Assembly: GCF_001194135.2 (NCBI RefSeq)
Contig: NC_069001.1
Location: 39,410,772-39,474,750 of the forward strand
DNA length: 63,979 nt
DNA from: Octopus bimaculoides
Taxonomy: Eukaryota
Direction of reading: 5' to 3'
The translations under genes were made by a program, and so were the position numbers. Of this stretch, positions 50,200 through 63,979 are shown one piece after another. Numbering within the stretch: position 1 is the first letter of the stretch; the number at the start of each line of letters is the position of its first letter. The notes under the pieces are model-generated. The model saw nothing but the letters and a program-made list of their open reading frames with translations, had not been told where the DNA came from and ran no database searches.

Positions 50200-50671
50200 G
50201 ATTATGCGTGTGTATATATTAATTGACATATTTCAGAACCAAACCTGAGTTAGTGTAGTGATGCACTGAACTTCAAACAAAGTAATTTAATTACGAATAG
50301 AAGCAACGTATATTTTTTTTATGAGAATATTTCTTGTGTAGAGTCGAAAGTAATATTGTCCTAGTAACAATGGTTCCGACTCCATCGTTTATCCAATTAT
50401 TCAATTCACATTTATTGTCAGTCTATACACGTACGACGAAAACACGTCAAAAGTAATGGACGTTTTATATAATCTTGTAACAATTTATTATGTTTTCATA
50501 TATCGCCTCTTTATCAGGTGAGGCCTCTCTGCCAGATTTCACATTGCTTCCTATATAAAAGCTGAAAACACGAAAAATTGCCAGATCAGATCATATATAC
50601 ATGAGAGAGAGAGAGAGATCTATACATACATCTACATAAACGCTCGCGAATACACACACACACACACGCAC

Positions 50672-50706
<35 letters not shown>

Positions 50707-51011
50707 CGGACATTGCTGTTAAAATTGACCTGAGAGATGAAAACGATTCTATTTCTGTCTGGTGCAGTGTGTGTGTGTGTGCTCGCAGTAGATATTAAAG
50801 TGATTTTTATCTAAAGCAAATACATTAGAATAACATAAGCAAGAGTTGAAAAGAAATGGAAGTTTTGGAAAGGAAGTGGTCGAAACAGCATATTGTTGGG
50901 TTATGATGTTGGGCCGTGCATGATAGTGAAAGTGTTAGGGAAAGGAGGGGAAGTACCACAACAAAAAAACAGAAATAATCAATAAAAGATTGCTAATTTA
51001 AAGTGAGTATG

Positions 51012-51058
<47 letters not shown>

Positions 51059-51442
51059 GCATAAAACAAGCGTGAGTTGGGTTAGAAAGGTAGGTGATGT
51101 GAGACATGAAATCAACAGAATAAAATGGTGTATCTCAGGAGTTGAGATAATTGAAGTATTGAGAACAAAGANNNNNNNNNNNNNNNNNNNNNNNNNNNNN
51201 NNNNNNNNNNNNNNNNNNNNNNNNNNNNNNNNNNNNNNNNNNNNNNNNNNNNNNNNNNNNNNNNNNNNNNNNNNNNNNNNNNNNNNNNNNNNNNNNNNNN
51301 NNNNNNNNNNNNNNNNNNNNNNNNNNNNNNNNNNNNNNNNNNNNNNNNNNNNNNNNNNNNNNNNNNNNNNNNNNNNNNNNNNNNNNNNNNNNNNNNNNNN
51401 NNNNNNNNNNNNNNNNNNNNNNNNNNNNNNNNNNNNNNNNNN

Positions 51443-51513
<71 letters not shown>

Positions 51514-52245
51514 GTATGTTTTGGTGTGTATATGTCTTCCTGTGTATGTTTGAGTGTATGCTACTTTGAACTTGTAGACAGACAAATTGTATAAGAAATG
51601 AGTAAAGAACGCAGAAGAAATCATATAAACAGAAAATAAGAAAAAGGTGGCGTGAGAAGGAGTAGCAGTGAAGATTGAAAGTAAAACTGAATGCAAGAGA
51701 GAAAGACGAAAGGATTTGTAAATAAGTGATGAAAAAACTAGATGAGATTAAGAACATTAGTGTGAAAGGAAAACTGCATTGTATTACAATACAACATAAT
51801 AAGAGGATTATTGAATGGGATAAAAAACAACAACTCAACAAGACTACAACGATCGACGTTAGACATGTAGATAATGGGGTAATAACGTACATCCTGCTCG
51901 TGAATCTCTTTCTCTCTCTCTTTTTCTTGCTCTCTGCTTCTCTCTATCTATTTTTTTCACTCTCGCCCCTAACTTCTACCTTTTCGTTTCTCTCCTAAAC
52001 TGAAATTTGTGGACCAACCGGTTGGACGACTTGGTCGGACAGAAAACGCAGGGAGACTTTAATGATGGAGCAGGCTAGGGAAAGTATCCCCTTCACATGT
52101 GATGATAATTAACAAGAGATAGCATCGGGTTATAAATTTGACTATCTTTAAGGGATGTCAGCTTCTACCAAACATTGCAATATTTATATGCACATCTGAG
52201 AGAGAGAGAGAGAGGGGAGAGAGTGAAAGATTGTTAAACAGATAG

Positions 52246-52296
<51 letters not shown>

Positions 52297-53506
52297 TATT
52301 CAAACGCACGTATTTTTCAGTTGTATTAGACGGTCCTTTGTATCAAAATGTTCGACGGTTTCTCTATTTCTTTTGGGTGGCCGTGTAGTTGTGAAAAAGC
52401 ATAGACCTCATTTAGAAATGCACGCTATTAAAAAATGTACTCAATACATGCACGGGAGATGATTTTACACCGATAAGACATGAATGAGTGCGCATGTCCT
52501 TCTAAGTCGCAATAGAATGGTTGCCGTCGACCATCCAACAGTTCCTTTGCCATTGATCGTGTATATATATCGAAAAGTATATCACTGCCTTGAAGCAATG
52601 CAAACAAAGAATATTGTGCTATCTCCGTTAGAGGTAGATAAGAAATGTATGAATAGAACCTTGAATAGAACTAATACTGACAATAAAAAAAAACGGAAAT
52701 AGTAAATTAGAAAAACATTTGTATATCTCACAGAGAGTACAGTATATATTTTTATCGGTGGTTCAGAGCAAATCCTGCATTTTTGCAGATAACAATGGGG
52801 CAGGGAAATACTGAATTCAATCAACTATTTTTGTCTGGGGTTGTGTTTTAAACGGAAGTAGGGAATATAGCTTGATGGTTTTGTCGATAACTGAAATTGA
52901 TCGAGGTTACTCAGGCATAATGACATCCAGTTTAGGTTCCTTAACATTCCTACGCACACGCTCCCCGTCATATATAATCATATGTACTAAAATATTCATA
53001 TAATGATACAGAAATATGCATACATTATATATATATATATCCTGTAGATAATAATAATGGTATTTTATATAAGCTTACAGCTTATTGCGATCACCGTGCA
53101 ACGACTAAGTAAAGTAGTCTAGTAGAGGGGCATATAAGCCCTCGACCGAAAAAAGGCTTCCCTATTTATGTAGGACAGGGAAGACTTCTTTCTTCTGTCG
53201 AGGGCTTCTTTGCCTCTTTATTAGACTACTTTCCTTAGTCATAAGATTTAAGCTTAGATAAAAATACTATTATTATTATTTACAGGATTGTAAAAAGTGC
53301 GCCGTATAAACCACCATTCGCATCTAAAGCATATATATGTATGTATATATATGTGTATGTATATATATATGTATGTATATATATGTATATATGTATGTAT
53401 ATGTATGTATATATATATGTGTGTGTGTATGTATGTATGTGTATATGTATGTATATATGCATATGTATATATATATGTATGTATGCATGTATGTATATAT
53501 ATGCAA

Positions 53507-53572
<66 letters not shown>

Positions 53573-54115
53573 AGTTTATGAGTGCACCATCTGTGAGTAT
53601 TGCATCTCTGATCTTCGAAGAGAATTTGAAATACGGAACAAGAAAACATTATTAAGCATATGCAAATAGCGAACAAAAAGGAAGCGTTTGGTTGAATGCA
53701 TGAATAAAAATAAAATCAATCAATAAATAAAAAAAACATCTTATTGGTAGCAGATGAAAAGATAAAAGTTAGCTAAAAACAAATGAATAAACATGAAATA
53801 GATACCAGTATATTTCAGACAATGGTAGGTATTTAAGGCCATTCAGAAAACGTCATTCACATTCAAATATTAAAAAAGATTTGAAAGTTTTGCCGTGACA
53901 AATTGAGAGTAATAGAACGTGTAGAGTGGGGGTGGGGGTGAAATATCGTTAGTTTTTCGAAAGCACTCCCTATTGTTTCATAAAGAATAATATACTGTCT
54001 GGATCGCGGCAACGAGAAGAAAAGCGGAGACGAAAAAAGGAGCCTGAAAAATGAAAGTGAAAAAGACATGTCGGAAACTTCTCTTTGAAAACTTTCTATG
54101 GAGGATTTCTCTCTT

Positions 54116-54180
<65 letters not shown>

Positions 54181-54294
54181 TTCTCTCTCTCCCTTGAAAG
54201 TTACATAGATATTTCACTTAATGAAAACAATTACAAAAATGAGAATTTGGTGTATATATACATATATATATATGTGTGTGTATATATGTATATT

Positions 54295-54363
<69 letters not shown>

Positions 54364-54982
54364 CTTCAAGTTTACAACAAAGTATCCAAATATTTCTGAA
54401 GTTTCATAGATTCTTCTGATTTCAACGTAACGTGAAAGATCCGCGAGACAGACAGACAATAAAGAAATGTGACATAAAATTGTGAGCCATGCTTATCTGA
54501 GAAGCTTTTTATTTTCAATGATCGTAATAAATTTGCACACTGTATAGATGTCAAGTCAGAGAACTTTGCTAAATATCTCTGCTTCGTCAAGTACCACCTG
54601 GTCCACTAGAAGATATCATGGTCGGATTTCATGAATCGATATCTTTATACAGTATTATTCAAACTGTCACTTCACATTCGGACTTCGTTTAACCCATCAA
54701 CAGACAACTATGATCTCATACTTTGCAACAATAACACAGATCATATTTTAAAATATATTTCCATGCACTTTGACATGGAGTAGAATGGATTAATATTTAA
54801 CTATTCACACGAAACAATTATTCTCTTTCTCAAGTTTTAACCCACTGAGAGATATCTATATTTTGTAATTTTACAATTCTATATTTTTATATGGGAGTCA
54901 TATTCATCCCTCCCTAATCACATATTCTTGAAGTCCTTCGACAACAAATCAATTATTTTGTCCTTTGCCGAGATAACTCCCA

Positions 54983-55086
54983 CCTTGGTCGGCCTTATAG
55001 TGGAAGACCCTTGCTCAAGGTGCCACGCAGTTGAACTGAATCCCGAACCATGTGGTCGAGAAGCAAGCTTCTTACGACACGGCCAC
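54983..55086 (-). mobile_element. Family-B SINE head, well preserved
   Basis: Minus strand GTGGCCGTGTCGTAAGAAGCTTGCTTCTCGACCACATGGTTCGGGATTCAGTTCAACTGCGTGGCACCTTGAGCAAGGGTCTTCCACTAT. Confidence 0.85.
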
Positions 55087-55389
55087 GTATTTGTATAAGA
55101 ATTTCTGTTTCAAATGTTGAAAATGCATTCTCGAAATACAAGTTTGACTTACACGCATGCGCTACCATTCTGATTAGTTTTCAGAATGACTGAATGGTCA
55201 CACAAGCATAAAACTCTGAGCAGTTATTGGATGGATCATTGACTCTAAGCACAAATAGTCTACGTTTTCAGTACGTTTTTTCTCGCTTGCATTGTCGCTT
55301 AAATAAAAACGTGTGTCTGTCTGTCTGTCTGTCTGTCTGTGTGTCTAAGCAGTTTGTTTCTGTGCGCTTGTGATGACCTAAAATCTGGT

Positions 55390-55610
55390 GGTGGATGCTG
55401 ATGTTGTATAACCCCAGGTCTGTTTTGATCGCGTCGACCTATTACCACAGCTATTTCACATGAGACTATCCCCTCTTAAACATTACAATGAATTTTATAA
55501 GAATTTGAGCGAGATTTGACCGTTGTTTATTAGAGTCTTTACATAGTCTCCTAACTTGCGAGAAATAACAGCCGAATTTCCCTCAACTCACAGGACGCTG
55601 TCTTAAATAA
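55390..55610. mobile_element. Family C fragments, including head-to-head copies of the 3' block
   Basis: TAACCCCAGGTC..GATCG..GACCTAT..CTATCCC, then GAGATTTGACCG.. (+) and GCGAGAAATAACAGCCGAATTTCCCTCAACTCAC (-). Confidence 0.5.
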
Positions 55611-55989
55611 CGAACACTGGATAATGTATTGTGAGGAAAAGATAGATGGTCACTATGGAAAACCTTTGTATTTCTGCTCGATCAAGTTCGACCTGACACT
55701 AAAGAACAGCAACATCAATAACCAATTGGAGTTACCTTTCTTACTTCGATTTATCATCTCATTACTTTTGTCTGGTAAATTATTGATGAATCCAAGATTT
55801 AACTAATTAGATGACAAAGAAAACAGGTTGGACATTATCTTGCTGCTTTTCTATGTTACTGTGAATGGTCGGTGAGTGTGAAAAGAGACATTGAACTGGT
55901 CAGTGGATTCACTTGTAAAACCACTAAATATGGCTGCAGTCTTTTTGTGTAGGTGTCTTCATTCATGAATATTTGTATGAATAAGACAC

Positions 55990-56036
<47 letters not shown>

Positions 56037-57016
56037 ATATGCGTGTGTGTATGAATAATACATTATATATATGTGTGTGTGCGTGCGTGTGTACATATGT
56101 ATCTGTGTGTGTTGAGAGAGCGGGGGCGAGAGATGATGCAGAAATGTAAAGAGAATAAATACACGTTGGTATTGTGTTTCGATCTAAAAAAAACTCATAA
56201 GCGGCACTAAATCCAGCTGTGAACAGCGATTGATGTGTGAGGATTTGTTGATTGATTAAAGAGTGCGAAATAGAAATTAAAAAAAATTCTACAAGAGAGG
56301 CAACTGAAAATTCCAAGAATGCCTGAACACGTTCCTGAGGCCTAATTTAGACTGGGTTTCATATCACTATATGGATAAATATCATATATGTCTTTAGCCA
56401 CAGAACTAATATAGATTAAAGCAAGATATTGTCATCTAGATGAGCAGATATATTGATAATGTTCTTTCTAATTAGCTTCATTTGAAGGGCATCCACGTTA
56501 TCAGTTTTTCTAAAACTAATCTATCATATCCAGCAAAACGAATCACTTTGTATTAAATGCTTCGTGGAAAATGTTGTCAGAATTTGACATTAAATAAATG
56601 GAGGATTTAGTGAGCCAGTTGTTTAACGTATGTGTTACAATTATGGCATCTATAAATATATTTGTATGCACGTATACATACTTAAGTACGTGCTAATATT
56701 TATTTGCAGAAAAATCAAGAGAACAAGACCAGCTAACTTAGGGATCGGAAGAAAAACATTTTGTTCGAAACGTGTCTTAATGTCTCACCTTTCTCTTTAA
56801 GTCTCTACATAAAATACTCAGTGTTTTATTTTCGAAATCTTTTTCCATTTTGCAGTTTATAGTTATCGTTTCAATTTGTGTTTATAATTGCAACCAACAA
56901 AACATACAATGTTACCTTTAACACCAGCATTTCAGGTCATCGTTTTTCACAGTACCAACCCTAAGAGATAGATTTACGGTAGATAGTCCCTTACTGCGGC
57001 TGCTTCTCTACACCAT

Positions 57017-57123
<107 letters not shown>

Positions 57124-57690
57124 ATGTATATATGTGTATATATAAATTTTTATCAACCAATGTATGTAATTTAGAATTATAGTTGTCAGATTGTAAATTT
57201 CAAAAATATTTATGCTTCCCAAGACTATTATAACTGTCAGAATTAACATTCTAAACATTTTCACGTAAATATTCTTTCTTGTTTTTTAAAACCAGGAAAA
57301 TTTAGAAAAAAAAGAAAAGCCTTTCTCCTCACAAACATTTTTTTCCATTTTAAAAATGGGTTTCTATCTTCACGTTCGTATCTTAAGCCATACAATACGT
57401 TGCTAAAATCTTGTATACGAGGAATAAATAATTGAATAACGAGAGGCAAATATGGATAGTCCAGTTTATTGGTTTGTTAAAATGCTTTGCATTCTTTAAA
57501 AATTGAAGATTTATCCAAGTTTACTTAATTTTTTTAATCACATTTAATCAGCAATAGTGTCTTTGGTTACTGGTGTACATATATATATTTATATATATAT
57601 ACATATATATATACACACAAATATGTATACACGCATATATATATATATATATATGTACACGCATATATATATATATGTATATATAATACA

Positions 57691-57762
57691 CTTTCTGCGT
57701 GTGTATGTGTATAATATATATATATATATATATATATATTATACACATACACACGCAGAAAG
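57691..57762. repeat. Perfect 72-bp palindrome centred on (TA)n
   Basis: ctttctgcgtgtgtatgtgtataatatatatatata is the exact reverse complement of 57727-57762. Confidence 0.95.
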
Positions 57763-57923
57763 AGAAATAGGATGTTTGACTCATCTTCTCTAATAACGAT
57801 CTCTGTCTTGTTTTAAGGCTACATTCCTTTCAAACAAAGATAACAGAGAACACAGTACGGCCGGCGTTGGTTCTTATTAGTCAAGATAAAGTGCTAATCA
57901 ATACTGTTGTGTCTGTGCGTTTG

Positions 57924-57973
<50 letters not shown>

Positions 57974-59571
57974 ACGCACATATATATATATATATATATA
58001 TATATACACGTAATTTATGTGTATGTATATATATGTATATAATCGTATCCCTGAAGCTTTATTAGAGGTCTGCATCGCCTCCAATAATAATCTTCTGAAC
58101 ATTTAATCTTGCAATGACCTATGTTTCACTTAGCTGGTGCAGAATTAATCTCTTTTGTTGTACAGAACGAGGACATTCGTGATTGATTCCCCTGAAGGAT
58201 TGTCTGAAGTTATTATTGTTTTATTAACTCGCGGTTCACTGATCAATATTAATGTATTCGTTTTGATGCTAACTTCAGAAGCTTACTTAAGACCAAAGTA
58301 GATTGGATTGTTATATCTGGATATCATTTCGTAGTTGTAGCAGACGAATTCAATTCTAGAAGGATAATAAATTATCGGCATACTTGTAAACTATTGGGGT
58401 TTTTGTTTTTCAATTCCGGACTCCACAATTTTAATGCAGCAATCTTTGTTAAGTTATATTTTTAGTAAATATCTTCTGTTAAGAGAGACCCGGACGCTTC
58501 TTCAACAACGTTGTTTGTGCGTGTGTGCGCGCGGTGTTGTCAAAGGGTAACTGGTAATCGCTTGCGTCGAATAAAATCAGTAGAATGGATTTCAATAAAA
58601 TCATCGAACTCTATTGGCAATATGAATGTGATCTTAAATCAAGAGATGGATTAACTTCACTATGGGAATAATCCTTGCAACAGTGTTCAACACAGTTTCC
58701 AAATTTATTTCAGAACGTTCTGATCTATCTCGGTCTGTAATAGAAGACAGCATAGCAGAGTGCAGCCAACAGAACCAGTTGGTTATGAAGCGTTTCTTGT
58801 TTTCTTAACCACGGAGCCATTTCAACAGACATCACTGAAATGTATAACTTTTAGGTTTACACTGTTCTTCTGTAGAAAATTAATCCGTTGCATTGAACAC
58901 AGCGAAAGAGATAAATCTGTTTATATTAGTTTACTGGTTTACGGCTAAAGAGATGGCACTTATTCAATAAAAGGATTCCAGGTTTTGCTCGAGGTACTTT
59001 CCTCTGTTGACAGATGCATTGTTTAAACAGATTTCTTGTCATCTCACTGGGACTTATAAAGCAGACTTTCTTGATCGGATCTCTTTATATCTCTCTTCTC
59101 TTATTTCTATGTCACCTCGTCTTGCACACTTTAACACTGATTTGTCTGTGTTCCGATCTCCTTGTCACCATCGATTACACACGCTGTGTCACTATTTGTT
59201 CTTCTACCTTATAACCATCACCCACATTCATTGTGTGCATGTATGTATGTGTGTGTGTGTGTGTGTGTGTGTTTATGCACGTTATTGTAATTTTAAGCTT
59301 CAGTTCTGTTTGGGTCAACTTTACCTTTCGTTCATTCGATGCAATTCACAAGCTTTGGTGGATCCAATCAATGATCGTGTGACTAACAATTTCGCTTCGT
59401 AGCTGCTACGTTTCTGGTTCAATTTAGCTGCGTGGCACGTTGGTTAAATGTTTTCTTTTATAACTTTGAACGACCGAAACAGTTGTGAATGAGATTTAGC
59501 GAACAGAAAATGTGCAGAATTCTAGCGTAGGTATTTAATCCCTTATTCAATTCAACATCATTCCCTGATAC

Positions 59572-59703
59572 CTTGATTCTTTCTCTGGAGCCCCGTCTCC
59601 TCTAAGCATCTCGATCAGGTGTCTACTCTGAGGACAATATCCTGTCCTCCTTCGACCTGTACCGGAGGTTGCGCGGAAGGTCATCGATGTTAGGTTTCCG
59701 TCT
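59572..59703 (-). CDS. Candidate symmetric phase-2 exon, 132 nt (DGNLTSMTFRATSGTGRRRTGYCPQSRHLIEMLRGDGAPEKES)
   Basis: GC-rich island, acceptor tgtttaattgctcag, donor AAG/GTATCA, only one of three frames open. Confidence 0.4.
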
Positions 59704-60889
59704 CTGAGCAATTAAACAATGTATCGATACCTTGTAGAGATCATTAAAAAAAATCAAGATTTGAAACATGTTTTTTATGCAAAATGGAATTGTATAACCA
59801 ATGAAGATGAAAACAACCGATGAATCAATCATTTTGTTCTATTGAATGGTGAAAAGGATAAGTCCCAGGAGTCGATCCTCTGTTGTTGTTTATTCTTCTC
59901 TGGCAAGAAAACCAACAACAAATAAATTTATTTAATAAAATATACAAACATAATATTGAAAAGTCTTTTATCTCTCAATCAATGTTTTCTCGAAATCACA
60001 AGCGAAAGCTTTGTAGACAGTGCAGACAATAAAGTGTCTCTCTGTCAACTCCCTTTTCTTTTTTTTAATATATTTGTTGGATGTTAGAGTTTCTTTCAAG
60101 TTCCATTATTGAATGAAGCATATTTATTCTGAGCTGAGCACAGTATTTCAGACGCTTCTTAAAATTTGAAATTAGTCATGTCAACCGAGTTAAACGTAAG
60201 CTGTTTACTAGCTTTTAACTTCTGCTGTCATCTTATCAAACTAGCGTCATTTCACGAGATGACGCCATTTAAATGAGATAAGGCCAACAACGACAGAAAG
60301 TTTCCGGAGAATATATTTTAACTGAGATGTTAAGATTCAGCTTAATTGTCTCGCGAAAATATAATTCCACTTAAATTCGGTCTAAAATTAAGTATTTCAG
60401 GTTCAAAGATGTTTATTTTTCACAAAAACATGTTGCATAACTTCACGTTAAACTGAAAGAAGTGTGTGTGTACGTATGTATGTATGTAGGTACGTGTTTG
60501 TGTCTATATATTGCTTCTGTATTGAAACTTAGCGACTACACGCTTTGCTGAAATATCGATGTCACGTTGTAGAAATATTTATATAAATGTAATGAAACAA
60601 TTCTGTTTACAACACATTTTTTAAAAAATTGTGGATTATTTCGATCAGCGGATTTCTTATATTGTGCAGTTGAACCATTCTACTATGTGGTCAGTCACCA
60701 TCACTGACCAGCTTTTACTCAGAAATCAGATCGAATTTCTTTTATTAATTACTTGGTGATATTTATTGATATTATTCCTTGGGAATGAGTATTTGAAATT
60801 ACGATCATCTCAGTCTCACTGCGAACATCCTTTATCAGTGGTGTGAAGGGAGATTATTACCAGTACTGCTGAAGCTACTACTACTACTG

Positions 60890-61160
60890 CTATCGGAGTC
60901 AATAAAATAAATACCAGTTGAGGACTGAGATCGATTTGATCGACGACATAAGCCATCCTTATGCTAAAATTTGAAATCACTGTTATTTTTATTAAGGTGG
61001 TGAGTTGGCAGAACCTTTGGCACGCCAAACGGAAAAAAAGTGATTCCTGATTTAGGCAGTTTAAAGTGGATAAGTAAACGTTCGATATTATCGACGCTAG
61101 TATTTTATTCTGTCGACCTCGGAGTCATGAAAGGAGAAGTTGATCGCGTTGAAATTTGAA
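60890..61160. mobile_element. Mosaic of family-A SINE fragments in both orientations
   Basis: Body fragment 60890-60945 (+), head 60994-61033 (+), reversed body 61085-61160 (-). Confidence 0.6.
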
Positions 61161-61250
61161 ATATTGGTTGTCATTCTTCTCTCTCTCTCTCATATATGAG
61201 AGAGAGTGAGAGACGAATGACCATCAATATTTCAAATTTCACCGTGTATA

Positions 61251-61293
<43 letters not shown>

Positions 61294-61328
61294 AAGTGCA
61301 TACCTTGATGTGCTCGTACTTTTTTCAC

Positions 61329-61505
61329 CTGAGTCTAGACAAATTGCAACATCAAGAATTCTGCCATTGGTGACATTGATATTGTAAAGAAAGACGTCTG
61401 CAAGGAAACATGTGAGTTCTTGTAGAGAAGAAGGACTGGGCAAATCGCATGGTGTTTGGTGTGCAATGTTAGAAACAATGCACGTGATGGAACGAGGGAA
61501 ATCGA
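61329..61505 (-). CDS. Candidate symmetric phase-1 exon, 177 nt (DFPRSITCIVSNIAHQTPCDLPSPSSLQELTCFLADVFLYNINVTNGRILDVAICLDS)
   Basis: Pyrimidine-rich acceptor gtcttttgatttag, donor CAG/GTGAAA, 58 open codons with 4 Cys. No family recognised. Confidence 0.35.
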
Positions 61506-63346
61506 CTAAATCAAAAGACTTTACAAGGAGACGAGACGTAACCAATTAAGTTCCGAGGACTATACACTATTATAGCAGCGGCAGAAAAGTTGGAGTGTAA
61601 TAGGGATTAAATCGTGTCTCTCAATGATTTGTCTCTCTATCAGTCGACTGGTTTGGGTCTGGATGTGGTCTGTGTTGTCTATGTAAGATACAAAGTTATA
61701 TCTAATTAATCACACATATTTCTCTCCCTGAAATAATTGGCATTGTGCCCAGTCAAAAGTGATCGATATATATCGAGTGTTTTATTTCATCTTACTAAGT
61801 ATCAAAGCTATATGTAGCACAACATAAAATAACACCTAAGAGCAGATGCTTTATTTTAAATGAGATTAGTTTTACTTTTCTCATCCATGTCAATTGCTTA
61901 TCATACTAAAGCGAGGTTCTGTCAAAACTCCTACACAAAATCCTCCCTACAGACACAACAGAAATGACAGGCGGTTAAGCGGATTGCTTAGCAACCACCT
62001 TTCTTTTCGTGTTCTCTACCACTATGTGGCAGTTTTGAGGGTTTTCTCCTCTAATACCTTATTAGTAAACTTTGTACACGGGAAATGTGTAGAATAATAT
62101 CGTGTGTTTGTGTCTTGTTCTATATACAAGGGTGTGTGTGTGCATATACACATGAACTGTACAATCGCAGAAGGGTATCTAATAATTGAATCCGGGTAGA
62201 TTCTTAACACTACCAGAAAAAACTGCAAAATTAATCGTTTATTTATTTTTTTTCGGTTTTAATTCTTGTAGTAAATTTGGTTGGATTTCAAGCAGTGGGG
62301 AGGGTGTTACACATGAAAAGGGACAACACATAAAAGAGACAACACTTCTCCTGGGCCCAGAACAAAGAATCCTCAAAGCAATTCTAGATTTTATGATTTT
62401 TTAGAATTGTTCGTTAGTATTTACAACCGGATGTTTTGTAATTTAAATAAAACTGGAAGCTTTGCTGCTGCCGGTGGCATTTCTATCTGTTGTTCCCTTT
62501 CCTAATCAATAACAGATCTATAAATTCTATTGAAATCAATATACCATTCAATTTGAATGATTCCGGGATTTCATTGTAATCAAAGAGATTTCACGGTAAA
62601 TGTGTTACAAAAAAAGTGGAAGGCTTGGAGAATTTGTACAAACCCCTTGCAGAAATCCTTTCTAATTGAACTGCACTTCATGAATTTATTGATAAAATCG
62701 AAATTAAGAAATCGGTGTTTATGGTAAATCCATTCTCAAGTTGTTGTCAATGTTTAGAAAATGTTCCATCACATAATAGTAAAAAAATTCTATTGAAATT
62801 CTGTAGAGGCTTGTTTTTGACACAACGGTTTGTCCATTTTCTTGTACCCAGTTCTGGCTTATTCTTTGTTTTATGGCCAGACAATATTGGAACAACGAAG
62901 AATGAACAAATCCGAGTTTTTGACCCAACACTTTTATTATGTTACGCAGAGTAGACCAATAACCTGTAGGAGCTGTTTAATATATTTTATATTTGACATT
63001 GTATGGAGTACTCTAACTTGTGTTCAGAAAAACATTACTTTGCGTAAGTATGTGTGGGAAGCGGTGTGGTTTCTGTGAAGGGGATAGAATTACTTGAAAG
63101 AAAATTATTTTCTCACACGTTTATAATCCAGCAAGTCACTTGTAGTAACATCCCAAAACATCTGTCACTTAAGTACATCGGATTTCTATAATAATTGTGA
63201 CTGTGTTAAGTTTATATGTAAATAATTCCGGATAAAACTTTATTTCTAAAAGGCAGACAGCTTGCAGTATTGATTCAATATGTTGCTCTGCTATTTTCAT
63301 TCTCCGAGGTCCATATTTTGAAAGAAGTTTTATTCTTATGACTCAC

Positions 63347-63473
63347 TGTAAGCACTAATTTGGAATTGATTTCTTTTAGTTTCGTTGCCGTCCTCGCAGA
63401 CAAACGTCTCTCGTTTAGAAAGGTAATCGGTGTCTCGATGGCGGCAACTGTAGAGTTATTTATGGCTGCACTG
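63347..63473 (-). CDS. Candidate exon, unknown product (SAAINNSTVAAIETPITFLNERRLSARTATKLKEINSKLVLT; an alternative acceptor at 63447 gives CRHRDTDYLSKRETFVCEDGNETKRNQFQISAY)
   Basis: GC-enriched, strong ACA/GTGAGT donor, NAGNAG acceptor gtcattttgtcagcag. Confidence 0.3.
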
Positions 63474-63979
63474 CTGACAAAATGACACATCCGATTATAC
63501 TCGACATGCTGACGTTATGGTGAGGCAGCCTGATCTAGAGTTGTTTTTGTCACAGGGATGTACTTTAATCTGTCCGCTAATCAGATTTCTCAGTTTTAAA
63601 ATAAATATCTAATTATATCAACAAATGTCTCCTGCTTTCTACACTGATCTCTCTTCTCAAAATATTCTGTTACAATGATATCGATTCCAGTTCTTCAGCT
63701 CTCGTTCATGTTTAAAATTGGAATGACGATTTCTGATGAGATCATCTATCACATATTCCTTTCCCCTCGTCGAATGAAATGTCAGTGATAAAGTAAAAAG
63801 CTCCATGTTTTTTTTTTTTATCATTATTATTAAAAGCCTCCATTTTATTGGTGTCAACAAATAGAATGAAGTTTGAAACCGGGAAATATTTTTCATAATA
63901 TACTTTGTTTCTGTCGATGTTTCTAAAGAATACAGCCACATACACTGGTGGAAAGATCGGTTTATGTGTATGTTTTATA

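Noticed and set aside
58573-58660. MDFNKIIELYWQYEC.., reminiscent of a MADF domain start
   Set aside because: Only 28 codons, the later conserved residues are absent and there is no splice support.
61745-61765. Resemblance to miR-153 (AGTCA..AAAGTGATC)
   Set aside because: The seed region does not match and there is no hairpin.

Overview
This is AT-rich, microsatellite-saturated eukaryotic DNA from a gapped short-read scaffold, with 11 N-gaps that mostly abut (CA)n/(TA)n runs. The interspersed tRNA-headed repeats match, from memory and without a database search, the abundant SINE families of Octopus, so the window is probably octopus intronic or intergenic DNA. I cannot confidently name any protein-coding gene, and most ORFs in the supplied track are microsatellite, N-gap or SINE artefacts. 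The following can be supported. (1) At least four SINE-like families, an unclassified ~200-bp element, Penelope-like remnants (GIY-YIG fragment, N-terminal ORF fragment, terminal repeats with degenerate hammerhead-ribozyme cores), a Tigger/pogo-like end and a Helitron-like 3' end. (2) A tRNA-like Pol III unit bracketed by 52-bp direct repeats. (3) Several minus-strand segments with canonical splice signals and an open frame, including a textbook 24-nt microexon (38581-38604) and a tandemly duplicated exon-like unit (6091-7152), which hint at a large minus-strand gene. (4) Unusual palindromic structures. I found no convincing complete novel system; the leads below need RNA-seq or homology searches.
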